NCBI GenBank assembly: GCA_963718665.1
Contig: OY970359.1
Span: 1,984,001 to 2,048,000 of the forward strand
Origin: an uncultured Phycisphaerales bacterium
GTDB lineage: Bacteria; Planctomycetota; Phycisphaerae; Sedimentisphaerales; Anaerobacaceae
Length of the DNA: 64,000 bases
Direction of reading: 5' to 3'
Shown piece after piece: positions 38,973-49,286 of the stretch (positions within the stretch are counted from its first letter, which is position 1; every line of letters starts with the position of its first letter). The translations under genes and the position numbers were made by a program. The notes under the pieces were generated by a model, which was given only the letters and a program-made list of their open reading frames with translations, was not told where the DNA came from and searched no databases.

Positions 38973-40387
38973 TAATGACTTAACCATTTGTCGATTGCTA
39001 TTGCCGCGGCTCTGCCGCTGTCGATTGCACGCACGACAAGTGAAGCGCCATTGATTGTATCGCCTGCTGCGAATATCCACGGCTGGCTCGTTTGGAAGTT
39101 CTTTACTGCTACGTCGCCTCGCTTGTTCAGCTCTAATCCAAGCTCGGTAATCAGCCCATTGTGAACGACGTGAACAAACCCCATTGCCAGCAGCACAAGG
39201 TCGGCGTCCAGAACGACCTCTGTGCCGGGAATCTCTTTTAGCTTCCAGGAGCCATCCTGCTGCACCCAGTCAACTTTGCAGCAGTGAATTTTGCTGACTT
39301 TTGTGTCTGTTCCGGTGAATTTGGTCGTCATCACGCTCCAGAGCCGCTCGCAGCCCTCCTCGTGAGAGGTGCTTGTCCGCATTATTCGAGGCCAGTTGGG
39401 CCAGGGGGTGTCATCCGGCCTGTCGATTGACGGCTTGGGCAGAATCTCTATTTGAACAATCTGTTTTGCTCCCTGCCTGCGAGCCGTGCCAACGCAGTCG
39501 CTTCCTGTATCGCCGCCGCCTATTACCACAACTTTTTTATCTTTAGCGTTAATTGTCCGACTGCCAATTACCTCTCCTGCGTTAATCCTGTTCTGCGACG
39601 TCAGGTAGTCCATTGCGTAAACGATGTTTTCGTAATCGCTTCCCTGCACCGGGATTCCCCTCGGTTCGCCCGCGCCCATCGTCAGGCAGATGCAGTCGAA
39701 TTGTTTTCGCAGGTAATGTGCGGATATATCTTTGCCCACGGTTATATCGGTCCGTAACTGCACGCCCTCAGCCGACAACTGTTTTAGCCGGCGGTCGATT
39801 ACTGATTTACTCAGCTTGAAATCGGGGATGCCGTATCGCAGGATTCCGCCGATTTTCTGGTCTTTTTCAAAGACCACAACATCGTGTCCTGCCCGCGCAA
39901 GCTGCTGCGCCGCCGCTAACCCGGCCGGGCCTGAGCCGATTATGCCGACTCTTTTGCCTGTCTTTTTCGCCGCCGGCATCGGCTTTATCCAGCCCTCGGC
40001 GAATCCGCGTTCTACTATCTGGAACTCGATGTGCCTGATGAGAACGGGCTGGTCGCTTATCGCAAGTGTGCAGGCCGTTTCACAGGGCGCGGGGCAAACC
40101 CGGCCCGTGATTTCAGGAAAATTGTTTGTCGAATGTAAAAGCTCACACGCCTCGCGCCAGTTTCCCTGGTAAACAAGTTCGTTGAAATCAGGTATGTAAT
40201 TGTAAAGCGGGCAGCCCATGCCGTGACAAAACGGTATGCCGCAATCCATACATCGTGCCGCCTGCTGCTGAAGCTGTTCCGGCGTCAATGGCAGGTCGAG
40301 TTCTTTAAAATCATGAATTCGTTCTTCTATCGGACGGTGGCCTGTATCCTGACGTTTATATTTAAGAAACCCTTTTATCTCACCCAT
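38972..40387 (-). CDS. gltD: Glutamate synthase small subunit
   Basis: QAARCMDCGIPFCH, TGRVCPAPCE, IGSGPAGL, IGGGDTGSDC. Confidence 0.97.
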   Translation of the reverse strand: MGEIKGFLKYKRQDTGHRPIEERIHDFKELDLPLTPEQLQQQAARCMDCGIPFCHGMGCPLYNYIPDFNELVYQGNWREACELLHSTNNFPEITGRVCPAPCETACTLAISDQPVLIRHIEFQIVERGFAEGWIKPMPAAKKTGKRVGIIGSGPAGLAAAQQLARAGHDVVVFEKDQKIGGILRYGIPDFKLSKSVIDRRLKQLSAEGVQLRTDITVGKDISAHYLRKQFDCICLTMGAGEPRGIPVQGSDYENIVYAMDYLTSQNRINAGEVIGSRTINAKDKKVVVIGGGDTGSDCVGTARRQGAKQIVQIEILPKPSIDRPDDTPWPNWPRIMRTSTSHEEGCERLWSVMTTKFTGTDTKVSKIHCCKVDWVQQDGSWKLKEIPGTEVVLDADLVLLAMGFVHVVHNGLITELGLELNKRGDVAVKNFQTSQPWIFAAGDTINGASLVVRAIDSGRAAAIAIDKWLSH

Positions 40388-43300
40388 AGAACACCTCCTC
40401 TGTGGCAGGCGTTGTTTCTGTGTCGCGTTGTTCTGCCGCTCGCATCTTCTCCAGCGACTTGCGGTAATCGAACGGGACGACCTTCACGAATTTGCCGACC
40501 ATATCCTGCCAGTTGCTGAGGATTTGGTGTGCCCTTGCACTGCCGGTCCAGTCGAAATGCTTCTGGATGAGGTCCATGAGTATTTTTACGTCTTCTTTTT
40601 GCCAGACGCTTTCAAGCTCGACCATATCGAGGTTGCAAAGCGTATCGAAATTGCTCGTTTCGTCGAGGACGTACGCGATGCCGCCGCTCATACCTGCCGC
40701 GAAGTTGCAGCCCGTTCTGCCAAGCACAACAACTGTGCCGCCCGTCATATATTCGCAGCAGTGGTCGCCCACGCCTTCTGCTATCGCGATTGCGCCGCTG
40801 TTTCGCACGGCGAATCGCTCGCCCGCCATCCCGTTTATAAACACCTCGCCGCTGGTCGCGCCGTAAAGAAGCGTGTTGCCAGCGATGATGTTTTCTTTAG
40901 CCGCGAACGGGGCGCCCGCCGGCGTAATAACGGCGATTCTGCCGCCGCTAAGGCTCTTGCCGAGGTAGTCGTTACTCTCGCCCGTGAGTTTAAAAGTAAC
41001 CCCCGGCGCAAGGAACGCGCCGAAGCTTTGCCCCGCCGAGCCGTTGAAAAGCACCTCAAGTGTGTTATCGGGCAGTCCCTCGGGGCCGTTTTTGGTTACG
41101 ATGCGATTGCTCAATATCGTCCCGACCGCCCTGTTAAGATTGCGGATGTTCATTTCGATAACGGTGTGCTTTTTGTTTTCGATTGCCGGTTTTGCCTTTT
41201 CGATAATCTGCCAGTCGAGATGGTCAGCTAATTTATCCGGCTGGCTGACGATTTGCCGGGTCGCTCTGCCGTCAGAGACATCCGGTTTATGGAAAATCAT
41301 CGAAAAGTCCAGTCCCTTTGACTTCCAGTGCTCGATTGCCTTGTTTGTTCCCAGCCGGTCCGCGCGGCCAATCATATCCTCGAATTTTTTGAAGCCCAGT
41401 TGCGACATAATCTGCCGCACCTCTTCGGCCACAAAAAACATATATCGTTCAAGATATTCGGGTTTACCCCTGAAACGCTTTCGCAGTTCCGGGTCCTGCG
41501 TCGCTATGCCGAACGGGCATGCCCCTTCGTGGCATTTGCGAAGCAGCGTGCAGCCGAGTGTTACCAGCGCAGCCGTTCCAAACCCGAAACGCTCCGCGCC
41601 GAGTAAGGCGCCAACGACAACATCTCGCCCGGTTTTCATTTGCCCGTCCGCCTGCACCCTGATTCTGTCCCGCAGCCGGTTCATCACGAGCACCTGCTGT
41701 GTTTCCGCCAAGCCAAGTTCCCACGGGATGCCCGCGTGCTTTATGGAAGAAAGCGGGCTTGCCCCTGTTCCGCCATCGTGCCCGCTGATGAGAACCTCGT
41801 CGGCATTTGCTTTTGCGACGCCCGCGGCGATTGTCCCCACGCCGACTTCCGCAACCAATTTTACCGACACCCGCACGCCGGGGTTGCTGCATTTGAGGTC
41901 GTAAATAAGCTGCGCCAAATCCTCAATCGAATAAATATCGTGGTGAGGGGGAGGGCTTATCAGCGTAACTCCGACAGTTGAGTAACGCAGCCGGGCGATT
42001 TCTTCGGTAACTTTATGCCCCGGCAGTTGCCCGCCCTCGCCCGGTTTCGCCCCCTGGGCAATTTTTATCTGCAATTCTTTTGCGTGCGATAAATAATTTA
42101 TCGTTACGCCGAACCTTCCGCTTGCCACCTGTTTAATCCCGCAGTTTTTCGAATCGCCGTTTGGCTCAGGTGTGTATCTCGCCGGGTCTTCGCCGCCTTC
42201 GCCCGTGTTGCTCATCGCGCCGATGCGGTTCATCGCTATTGCCAAACACTCGTGCGTTTCTTTGCTTATTGAGCCGTGACTCATCGCGCCTGTGCAGAAT
42301 CTTTTTACGATTTCACTTGCCGGCTCAACTTCCTCAATCGGCACTGATTTTCCCGGCTCAAACTCAAACAGTCCCCGCAGCGTGCATAGTTTTTCCGCCT
42401 GCTCGTTGACCGCCTGCGCAAATTCGCCGTATAACTTCGGATTATTGCTCCGCACCGCCTGTTGTAAACGCGAAACGGTAACGGGGTTCCACGTATGCCT
42501 TTCGCCGGTATGCCTGAACAGATATTCTCCGCCAAGCTCCAGTGCTGGCGTCCCGGCAGGATGCTCTTCGAAAGCCGCTTTATGGCGAGATATCGCCTCG
42601 CTGGCAATCTCATCAAGCCCTATGCCGCCGACGCGGGAGCTTGTCCCTGTGAGATATTTATCTATTACGTCGCGGTTCAACCCGATTGCCTCGAATAATT
42701 GGGCGCCTGTGTAGCTTCGCAGCGTCGATATTCCCATTTTGCTCATTACTTTGAGAATGCCTTTTTTGACCGCGGCAATGTAATTATCCGCAATTTGCGT
42801 CAGCTCCATTTTCGCTGGCAGGTGTCCCTGTCGCCTGAGTTCGAATAGTGTTTCGAACGCCAGATAAGGATTTATCGCGTTTGCGCCGTAGCCGCATAAC
42901 AGGCAAAAATGCATTACCTCTCTTGGTTCACCTGTCTCGATAATCAATCCTGCTTCGCCTCGCAGACCCCGGCCAAGCAGCCCGTGATGAACCGCCCCGG
43001 TTGCCAGAAGCGACGGTATCGCCGCCTTATCCTGCGAGATATTGCGGTCGCTTATGATTACCAGCGATACCCCATTACGAATCGCCTTCTCGGCGTCATC
43101 CACCAGCGTATCGAGCGCCTTTCGCAAGCTCTCACCTGCGTCCGGCTCGTCTATGTCAAATACGGCGTGTATTGTCGCGACGCGGAAGTCCTCTCTTTTT
43201 ACCGCCCGCAACCGTTCGATGTCCTCGTTGGTAAGAATCGGGTGCGGCAGTTTCAACTGCCGGCAGTGTTCAGGGCTTTCTTCGAGGAAGTTTTGCTTTT

Positions 43301-44945
43301 TGCCGACGAACGACATTAAGCTCATCACAAGCCCTTCCCGAAGGGGGTCTATCGCGGGGTTTGTAACCTGGGCGAATAACTGCTTGAAATAGTTGAACAG
43401 CAGTTTCGGTTTGTCCGACAACACCGCCAGTGGTGTGTCGTTACCCATCGAGCCGACCGGCTCCTGCCCGTTTACCGCCATCGGCGTCAAAATCATCTTC
43501 AGCTCTTCGCTGGTGTAGCCGAACGCCCGCATCTTTCGCAGCGTTTTTTCTGTGTCGCTGCTGATAAGCTCAGGAGTATCGAACAGCCCTCGCAGCTCAA
43601 TCCGGTTTTCCTCAAGCCATCGCCGGTATGGTCTGCGTCTCGCGATTTTGCTCTTTATTTCGTTGTCGGTGATTATCCGGCCTTCGACCGTATCGACTAA
43701 GAACATATTTCCCGGTCGCAACCGGCCCTTCCTGATTATCTTTTCCGGCGGGAACTCTACCACGCCCGCTTCGCTTGCTATTACCGCCAGGCCGTCGGTT
43801 GTAACTAAATACCTGCATGGTCTTAACCCATTGCGGTCCAGTGTGCCTCCTATGAACCTTCCATCGGTAAATACCATTGCCGCGGGGCCATCCCACGGCT
43901 CCATTATCGAGGAGTGATATTCGTAGAACGCACGCTTGTCGGTGCTGATGTGATATTTTGGCCCGAACGCCTCCGGTATCATCATCATCATCGCGTGCGG
44001 CATACTTCGCCCGGCACGCACTAAAAGCTCCAGTGCCGCGTCAAAACATCCCGAATCGCTCGTATCCTCAGGCAGAACAGGCAGCAGGTCGCCTATTTCG
44101 TCGCCAAATGCCTCGCTTGCCATTGTCGTTTCGCGGGCGCGCATATAATTACGGTTTCCGCTGAGCGTATTGATTTCGCCGTTATGTGCTACGCAACGAA
44201 ATGGCTGCGCCAATCGCCAATTAGGGAAAGTATTTGTGCTGTATCGCTGGTGAACTATCGCAAGGGCGGATTTAACTCGTTTGTCGGCTAGGTCCGGATA
44301 ATACGCGAACAACTGCTTCGCCATAAACATACCTTTGTAGCAGATTGTCCTGCCGGATAACGAGGTTATGTAAAAATCCTCACTCGCCTTGCCCAGTTTC
44401 TCACGCACAATCCGTTCGGCCCTGCGTCTGGCCATATAAAGCCGGCGTTCAAACAGGTCGCTCTGCGAATCTACTCCGTAAACGAATACCTGTCTTATCG
44501 ATGGCTCCGCGGCAATCGCGATTTCACCGAGGCAGTTGTTGACAGTTGGAACATTCCGCCAACCTATCACTTTCATACAGTGGTGACTAATGGCTGATTC
44601 GAGAATCTGGTCGCATTGTTTGCGGATTTCGGCGTTTTTCGAGCCGAAGACCATTCCCACTGCGTAGAATGCCGGCTCAGGCAAAGTAAAACCGAGTTGG
44701 GAGCATTCTTCCGCGAAAAACTCGTGCGGAATCTGAAACATAATACCCGCTCCGTCGCCTGTCATTTCGTCTGCGCCTGCTGCGCCGCGATGATGCAGGT
44801 TTATCAGTATTTCTTTGCCGTATTCGATTATCGAATGGTCTTTTGCTCCGTCTATGTTAACGACGGCCCCTATGCCGCAGGCATCGTGCTCACGCCGGAC
44901 TTCGTAAAGTCCCTGGTCTTTTTGTCTCATTATTTCCTTATGCAT
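40380..44945 (-). CDS. gltB: Glutamate synthase large subunit
   Basis: EHDACG, HQRYSTNTFP, EPWDGPA, QGAKPGEGGQLPG, ISPPPHHDIYSIEDL. Confidence 0.98.
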   Translation of the reverse strand: MHKEIMRQKDQGLYEVRREHDACGIGAVVNIDGAKDHSIIEYGKEILINLHHRGAAGADEMTGDGAGIMFQIPHEFFAEECSQLGFTLPEPAFYAVGMVFGSKNAEIRKQCDQILESAISHHCMKVIGWRNVPTVNNCLGEIAIAAEPSIRQVFVYGVDSQSDLFERRLYMARRRAERIVREKLGKASEDFYITSLSGRTICYKGMFMAKQLFAYYPDLADKRVKSALAIVHQRYSTNTFPNWRLAQPFRCVAHNGEINTLSGNRNYMRARETTMASEAFGDEIGDLLPVLPEDTSDSGCFDAALELLVRAGRSMPHAMMMMIPEAFGPKYHISTDKRAFYEYHSSIMEPWDGPAAMVFTDGRFIGGTLDRNGLRPCRYLVTTDGLAVIASEAGVVEFPPEKIIRKGRLRPGNMFLVDTVEGRIITDNEIKSKIARRRPYRRWLEENRIELRGLFDTPELISSDTEKTLRKMRAFGYTSEELKMILTPMAVNGQEPVGSMGNDTPLAVLSDKPKLLFNYFKQLFAQVTNPAIDPLREGLVMSLMSFVGKKQNFLEESPEHCRQLKLPHPILTNEDIERLRAVKREDFRVATIHAVFDIDEPDAGESLRKALDTLVDDAEKAIRNGVSLVIISDRNISQDKAAIPSLLATGAVHHGLLGRGLRGEAGLIIETGEPREVMHFCLLCGYGANAINPYLAFETLFELRRQGHLPAKMELTQIADNYIAAVKKGILKVMSKMGISTLRSYTGAQLFEAIGLNRDVIDKYLTGTSSRVGGIGLDEIASEAISRHKAAFEEHPAGTPALELGGEYLFRHTGERHTWNPVTVSRLQQAVRSNNPKLYGEFAQAVNEQAEKLCTLRGLFEFEPGKSVPIEEVEPASEIVKRFCTGAMSHGSISKETHECLAIAMNRIGAMSNTGEGGEDPARYTPEPNGDSKNCGIKQVASGRFGVTINYLSHAKELQIKIAQGAKPGEGGQLPGHKVTEEIARLRYSTVGVTLISPPPHHDIYSIEDLAQLIYDLKCSNPGVRVSVKLVAEVGVGTIAAGVAKANADEVLISGHDGGTGASPLSSIKHAGIPWELGLAETQQVLVMNRLRDRIRVQADGQMKTGRDVVVGALLGAERFGFGTAALVTLGCTLLRKCHEGACPFGIATQDPELRKRFRGKPEYLERYMFFVAEEVRQIMSQLGFKKFEDMIGRADRLGTNKAIEHWKSKGLDFSMIFHKPDVSDGRATRQIVSQPDKLADHLDWQIIEKAKPAIENKKHTVIEMNIRNLNRAVGTILSNRIVTKNGPEGLPDNTLEVLFNGSAGQSFGAFLAPGVTFKLTGESNDYLGKSLSGGRIAVITPAGAPFAAKENIIAGNTLLYGATSGEVFINGMAGERFAVRNSGAIAIAEGVGDHCCEYMTGGTVVVLGRTGCNFAAGMSGGIAYVLDETSNFDTLCNLDMVELESVWQKEDVKILMDLIQKHFDWTGSARAHQILSNWQDMVGKFVKVVPFDYRKSLEKMRAAEQRDTETTPATEEVFYG

Positions 44946-45113
44946 TGTCTGTCTCGCTGTATGTTTGCCGGCTCACTAATCCTTCTCGCACAAGTGAAGA
45001 ATGCACATCTTATTATACGTCCGGCGAGATTGCAAATCCTCTCTATTCGGGTAATATAACCCATAAGAGATATTGATATTACTTCCAGAATATCTTATGC
45101 TTGTTTACATAAA

Positions 45114-45172
45114 ATGGGGTGAGGCCCGACTCGTTTGGTCCCTAAGGGATTACATGAGCAGGCCTCACCCGC
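45114..45172. other. Long hairpin between glnA and gltB
   Basis: gggtgaggcc...ggcctcaccc outer stem with inner tccc-taa-ggga; possible terminator or processing stem. Confidence 0.5.
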
Positions 45173-45235
45173 AACCCAATGCCCACTGCACGACCATTCG
45201 TGCAGCTTCGCCCAAAAATGAAACTAACATCATTC

Positions 45236-45306
45236 ACCGCTGAGCACGCTGAGACCGCTGAGAAAAAACATAATTCAATCTCTGCGTGCTCCGCGTTCTC
45301 TGCGGT
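45236..45306. repeat. REP-like palindromic element made of 9-bp units (copy 4)
   Basis: ccgctgagc-acgctgaga-ccgctgaga ... ctctgcgtg-ctccgcgtt-ctctgcggt. Confidence 0.8.
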
Positions 45307-45324
45307 AAAAATTAACAGTGACTA

Positions 45325-46737
45325 CTACGCATCGTAATAGAGATGGAACTCATGCGGATGCGGTCTCAATGCTATCTCGTCTATCTCCTTTTCCCGTTTC
45401 CACTGAATCCATGTCTCGATAAGGTCTTCGGTAAAGACATCGCCCTCGGTGAGGAACTTATGGTCCTTTTCGAGCGCATTCATCGCTTCTTCGAGGGAGC
45501 CTGGCGCCTGCTTGGTTTTGGACAACTCTTCCGAGGAAAGCTCGTACACGTCCACGTCCATCGGTTTGCCGGGGTCGAGCTTGCGTTTGATGCCGTCGTT
45601 GGCTGCCATAAGCATCGCGGCGAAAGTGAGATAGCCGTTGCAGCTCGGGTCCGGGCAACGGAACTCAACGCGTTTTGCCTTCGGATTCGGTGAGTACATC
45701 GGGATACGGCAGGCGGCTGACCTGTTGCGTGCCGACATACAAAGATTTACCGGCGCCTCAAAGCCCGGAACGAGCCGGCGATATGAATTTGTAGTCGGTG
45801 CCCCGAAAGCTATGATGGCCGGAGCATGGGTGATAAGCCCGGCAATTGCGTGTAAAGCAAGGTCAGACAGACCCGCATAGCCTTTTCCGGCGAAGAGGTT
45901 GACGCCTTTCTTCCAGAGCGAGAAGTGCGTGTGCATCCCGGAACCGTTGTCCTGGAATATCGGTTTGGGCATAAACGTCGCCGTCTTGCCGTGGCGTTTG
46001 GCTACGTTCTTGACGATGTATTTATACCACATAAGCTGGTCGGCCTGTTTGACTAATGGTGCGTAAAGCATGTCAATTTCGGCCTGGCCCCCTGTTGCGA
46101 CTTCATGGTGGTGTTTCTCGACCACAATACCGACCTTCTGCATTTCCTCGACCATTTCGCCACGGATATCCTGCTGGGTGTCGGTCGGGCTTACAGGGAA
46201 ATAGCCGCCTTTATACGACGGTTTGTATCCGAGGTTGGGTTCTTCGAAACGGGCAGTGTTCCAGTTACCTTCCACCGAATCGATTGAATACATTCCGGTA
46301 TGCTGATTCTGCTCATATCGAACTTCGTCGAAGATAAAGAATTCCGGCTCAGGGCCGTAATATGCGGTATCCGCCAAACCGGTCTTTTTCGCGAATTCAG
46401 CCGCTTTCTTAGCTATATTTCGCGGGTCACGATTGTATTCTTCGCGTGTGATGGGGTCGATGATGTCCGTAAGGACGCTCACCGTCGGCTTAGCGAAGAA
46501 GGAGTCCATAACCACGGTATCCAGGTCCGGAACCGCCATCATATCCGACTGATGAATTGGTTTCCAGCCGCGGATTGATGAACCGTCGAAACCAAGCCCT
46601 TCCTCAAATGCCTTTTCATCCAGGAACTCGATTGGGAAGGTACAGTGCTGCCAGGTGCCAAGAAGATCGACGAACTTCAAGTCCGCCATCTTGGCATTGT
46701 TCTTTTTTGCAAAATCAAAGAATTCTTTTGGAGTCAT
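45325..46737 (-). CDS. glnA: Glutamine synthetase type I
   Basis: [45 protein letters not shown]; Tyr in DVDVYEL at the adenylylation-loop position. Confidence 0.97.
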   Translation of the reverse strand: MTPKEFFDFAKKNNAKMADLKFVDLLGTWQHCTFPIEFLDEKAFEEGLGFDGSSIRGWKPIHQSDMMAVPDLDTVVMDSFFAKPTVSVLTDIIDPITREEYNRDPRNIAKKAAEFAKKTGLADTAYYGPEPEFFIFDEVRYEQNQHTGMYSIDSVEGNWNTARFEEPNLGYKPSYKGGYFPVSPTDTQQDIRGEMVEEMQKVGIVVEKHHHEVATGGQAEIDMLYAPLVKQADQLMWYKYIVKNVAKRHGKTATFMPKPIFQDNGSGMHTHFSLWKKGVNLFAGKGYAGLSDLALHAIAGLITHAPAIIAFGAPTTNSYRRLVPGFEAPVNLCMSARNRSAACRIPMYSPNPKAKRVEFRCPDPSCNGYLTFAAMLMAANDGIKRKLDPGKPMDVDVYELSSEELSKTKQAPGSLEEAMNALEKDHKFLTEGDVFTEDLIETWIQWKREKEIDEIALRPHPHEFHLYYDA

Positions 46738-46799
46738 TTTTCCACCTCTCTAATAAAATTGGGTTGCTAATATTTTTCCCGCTACGAGCGGATTGTTTT

Positions 46800-47141
46800 T
46801 TATCCTATTGCCGAATTTCCTTTTTCACCCGTTCTGATACGAATACATTCGGGCAGGTCGAGCACGAATATCTTGCCGTCGCCGATTTGCCCTGTTCTTG
46901 CGCCATCAATGACTGCTTTTATCGTCGGCTCGACAAAGGTATCGTTTACTGCTACCTCCAACTTTACCTTTCTCAATAAACTGCCCTGTTCTTTATGGCC
47001 TCGGTAGACCTCTGCTACGCCTTTTTGTCTGCCTCGGCCCACAACATTCGACACCGTTACAAGGTGGATTTCTTTTTCCTCTAATCTTTTAAGCACTTCA
47101 TCAAGTCGGTCCGGCTGAATCACAGCGATTATGTATTTCAT
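46800..47141 (-). CDS. glnK: P-II nitrogen regulator (amtB-linked)
   Basis: [32 protein letters not shown]. Confidence 0.93.
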   Translation of the reverse strand: MKYIIAVIQPDRLDEVLKRLEEKEIHLVTVSNVVGRGRQKGVAEVYRGHKEQGSLLRKVKLEVAVNDTFVEPTIKAVIDGARTGQIGDGKIFVLDLPECIRIRTGEKGNSAIG

Positions 47142-47160
47142 TTACCTCGTCCTTTCTCGC

Positions 47161-48501
47161 TTAATCGATTAAAGTATAGGCGGCCTCTCGATGTTGTGTC
47201 AAGTCCAGGCCGACGCGTTCTTCGTGCTCACTTACTCTCAGTTTGATTACCACGTCCACAAACTTCAGAAGCACAAAACCAATTACGAAGGAGTAAACCG
47301 CCGTGACAAGCACGACCTTTAACTGAATCCATAATTGTACCGGGTTGCCGTAAAATAAACCATCGGCTCCGTCGGGATTGATTGTTTTTGTGGCCCACAG
47401 CCCCGTTGCAATCACGCCCCAGATTCCGCCGATTCCGTGAACGCCAAAGGCGTCCAGTGAGTCGTCGTAACCGAGTTTGGTTTTAAGACAGGTTACTACC
47501 AGCCACGGAAATACCCCGGCCCCTATACCGATACAGATTGCTCCGATGGGTGTGACGTATCCGGATGCCGGCGTTACAGCCGCCAGACCCGCCACCGCAC
47601 CGGTTATCATTCCCAGGGTCGTGGGTTTTTTATACCTGAGCCAGTCAAGCACGGACCACGTTACGCCCGCGACTGCGCCTGCTATATGCGTAACGGCAAA
47701 AGCGTTGCCCGCAAGTCCCGATGCCTTCAGTGCGCTGCCCGCGTTAAAGCCGAACCACCCGAACCAAAGCAATCCCGCGCCAAGCGCCGCAAACGGCAAA
47801 TTGTGCGGAGGAGATATACCGGCGGGATAACCCTGTCGTTTCCCCAGTATCAGGGCAGCCGCCAGTGCCGTCATGCCTGCGTTAATGTGAACCACTGCGC
47901 CGCCGGCAAAGTCCAGTGCGCCCATGTTCTTCAGGAAACCGCCGTTGCCCCAGAGCCAGTGCGTAATCGGGTTATACACGATTGTCGCCCAGAGCAGGAT
48001 GAAAATCACAAACGCCGAGAATTTCATTCTTTCCGCGAATGCCCCGATGATTAACGCAGGCGTTATCACCGCGAACATCATCTGGAACATCATAAACACC
48101 TCGTGCGGGATAGTTGGTGCATAAGCGGCATTTGGCGTCATACCAACGCCATTCAGAAAACTCCAGTCCAGCCCGCCTATTATGCCGTGCTTGTCCGGCC
48201 CGAACGACAAGCTGTATCCGCATACGACCCATTGGATGCTTATTATGCACAGGGCCATGAAGCACTGCATCAGGACCGACAGCATATTCTTGCGTCGGAC
48301 AAGTCCGCCGTAGAAAAACGCCAGTCCCGGCGTCATAAGCATAACAAGCGCTGCGCTTATCAATACCCATGCCGTATCACCTGTGTCGATTGTCGAATTT
48401 TGACTTGTCAAAGAACCAGCGTTAACTAACTGCTGTGTCTCACAAATCCCTGTCCCGGCAGTCAATAAAATGACCACCGCTATAGCCAGAGTTGTTCTCA
48501 T
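47161..48501 (-). CDS. amtB: Ammonium transporter (copy 1)
   Basis: LMTPGLAFFYGG, DFAGG.VVH, WFGWFGFNAGS, DDSLDAFGVHG. Confidence 0.96.
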   Translation of the reverse strand: MRTTLAIAVVILLTAGTGICETQQLVNAGSLTSQNSTIDTGDTAWVLISAALVMLMTPGLAFFYGGLVRRKNMLSVLMQCFMALCIISIQWVVCGYSLSFGPDKHGIIGGLDWSFLNGVGMTPNAAYAPTIPHEVFMMFQMMFAVITPALIIGAFAERMKFSAFVIFILLWATIVYNPITHWLWGNGGFLKNMGALDFAGGAVVHINAGMTALAAALILGKRQGYPAGISPPHNLPFAALGAGLLWFGWFGFNAGSALKASGLAGNAFAVTHIAGAVAGVTWSVLDWLRYKKPTTLGMITGAVAGLAAVTPASGYVTPIGAICIGIGAGVFPWLVVTCLKTKLGYDDSLDAFGVHGIGGIWGVIATGLWATKTINPDGADGLFYGNPVQLWIQLKVVLVTAVYSFVIGFVLLKFVDVVIKLRVSEHEERVGLDLTQHREAAYTLID

Positions 48502-48686
48502 TTCTCTTTGCTCCTTTTGTGTCGGTTCGTAATCACACCCGGCTTCTGTATGCGGTAAGCCAGAAAAAAACCGACAGCCGGCGAGCTCCGCGGGAAACTA
48601 ATCCTGCGGTTTCACACTCGTTCGGTGCTCTTAAATGAACACAAACTTCAAATTTGTTGACATACTACGGCTGCGCTCAACCTTAC

Positions 48687-48702
48687 GCAAACCTTATGCC
48701 AG
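48687..48702 (-). promoter_or_regulatory. Sigma54 -24/-12 promoter of amtB1-glnK-glnA
   Basis: CTGGCATAAGGTTTGC on minus. Confidence 0.85.
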
Positions 48703-48790
48703 CACACCTCTTAAGGGTCTTTTTTCACGTAACGTCTTGTAATAACAACAGTTATGCTCATTAAAAGCAGGGAGTTATCAAAGAGCAAAT

Positions 48791-48834
48791 TTACATTATT
48801 GTAATTTTCCAAAATATTTTTTACATTTTTGTCA
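48791..48834. promoter_or_regulatory. Paired upstream activator sites TACA-N4-TGT, 30 bp apart
   Basis: ttacattattgtaa (48791) and ttacatttttgtca (48821). Confidence 0.75.
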
Positions 48835-48852
48835 CTTTTGATGTTAAAATGG

Positions 48853-48879
48853 GGGCTCTGGCAGCCGTGCACAGAGCCC
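48853..48879 (-). terminator. 3' hairpin after PII copy 2 with CGGC apical loop
   Basis: Minus strand GGGCTCTG-T-GCA-CGGC-TGC-CAGAGCCC followed by CCATTTT. Confidence 0.6.
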
Positions 48880-48927
48880 TCTCAGGCAAGGGCGCCCTGT
48901 GGGCACCCCGTCTTTTCGTTTACCCTG

Positions 48928-49269
48928 TTACCCGATTGCCTCATTGCCTTTTTCGCCCGTTCTAATACGGATACATTCAGGCAGGTCGAGCACGAATATC
49001 TTGCCGTCGCCGATTTGTTCTGTTCTTGCGCCGCCGATGACTGCTTCGATTGCCGGCTGGACGAACGCCTCGTTCACCGCTATCTCAATTTTAACCTTTC
49101 TCAGCAAGCTGCCCTGTTCCTTGTGGCCCCGGTAAACTTCCGCTATACCTTTTTGTCTGCCCCGGCCGACAACGTTCGATACTGTGACTAAGTGAATCTC
49201 TTTTTCCGTCAGGCGTTTGAGCACTTCGTCAAGTCGGTCCGGCTGAATTACCGCGATTATGTATTTCAT
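48928..49269 (-). CDS. glnK: P-II nitrogen regulator (amtB-linked, copy 2)
   Basis: Near-identical to 46800-47141. Confidence 0.93.
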   Translation of the reverse strand: MKYIIAVIQPDRLDEVLKRLTEKEIHLVTVSNVVGRGRQKGIAEVYRGHKEQGSLLRKVKIEIAVNEAFVQPAIEAVIGGARTEQIGDGKIFVLDLPECIRIRTGEKGNEAIG

Positions 49270-49286
49270 TGGTTTATTCCTTTCTC

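Noticed and set aside
48600..48660. Known glutamine (glnA) riboswitch in the amtB1 leader
   Set aside because: Only a GUUCAU-like fragment matches and the GGAAGUA core is absent; kept only as an unclassified structured leader
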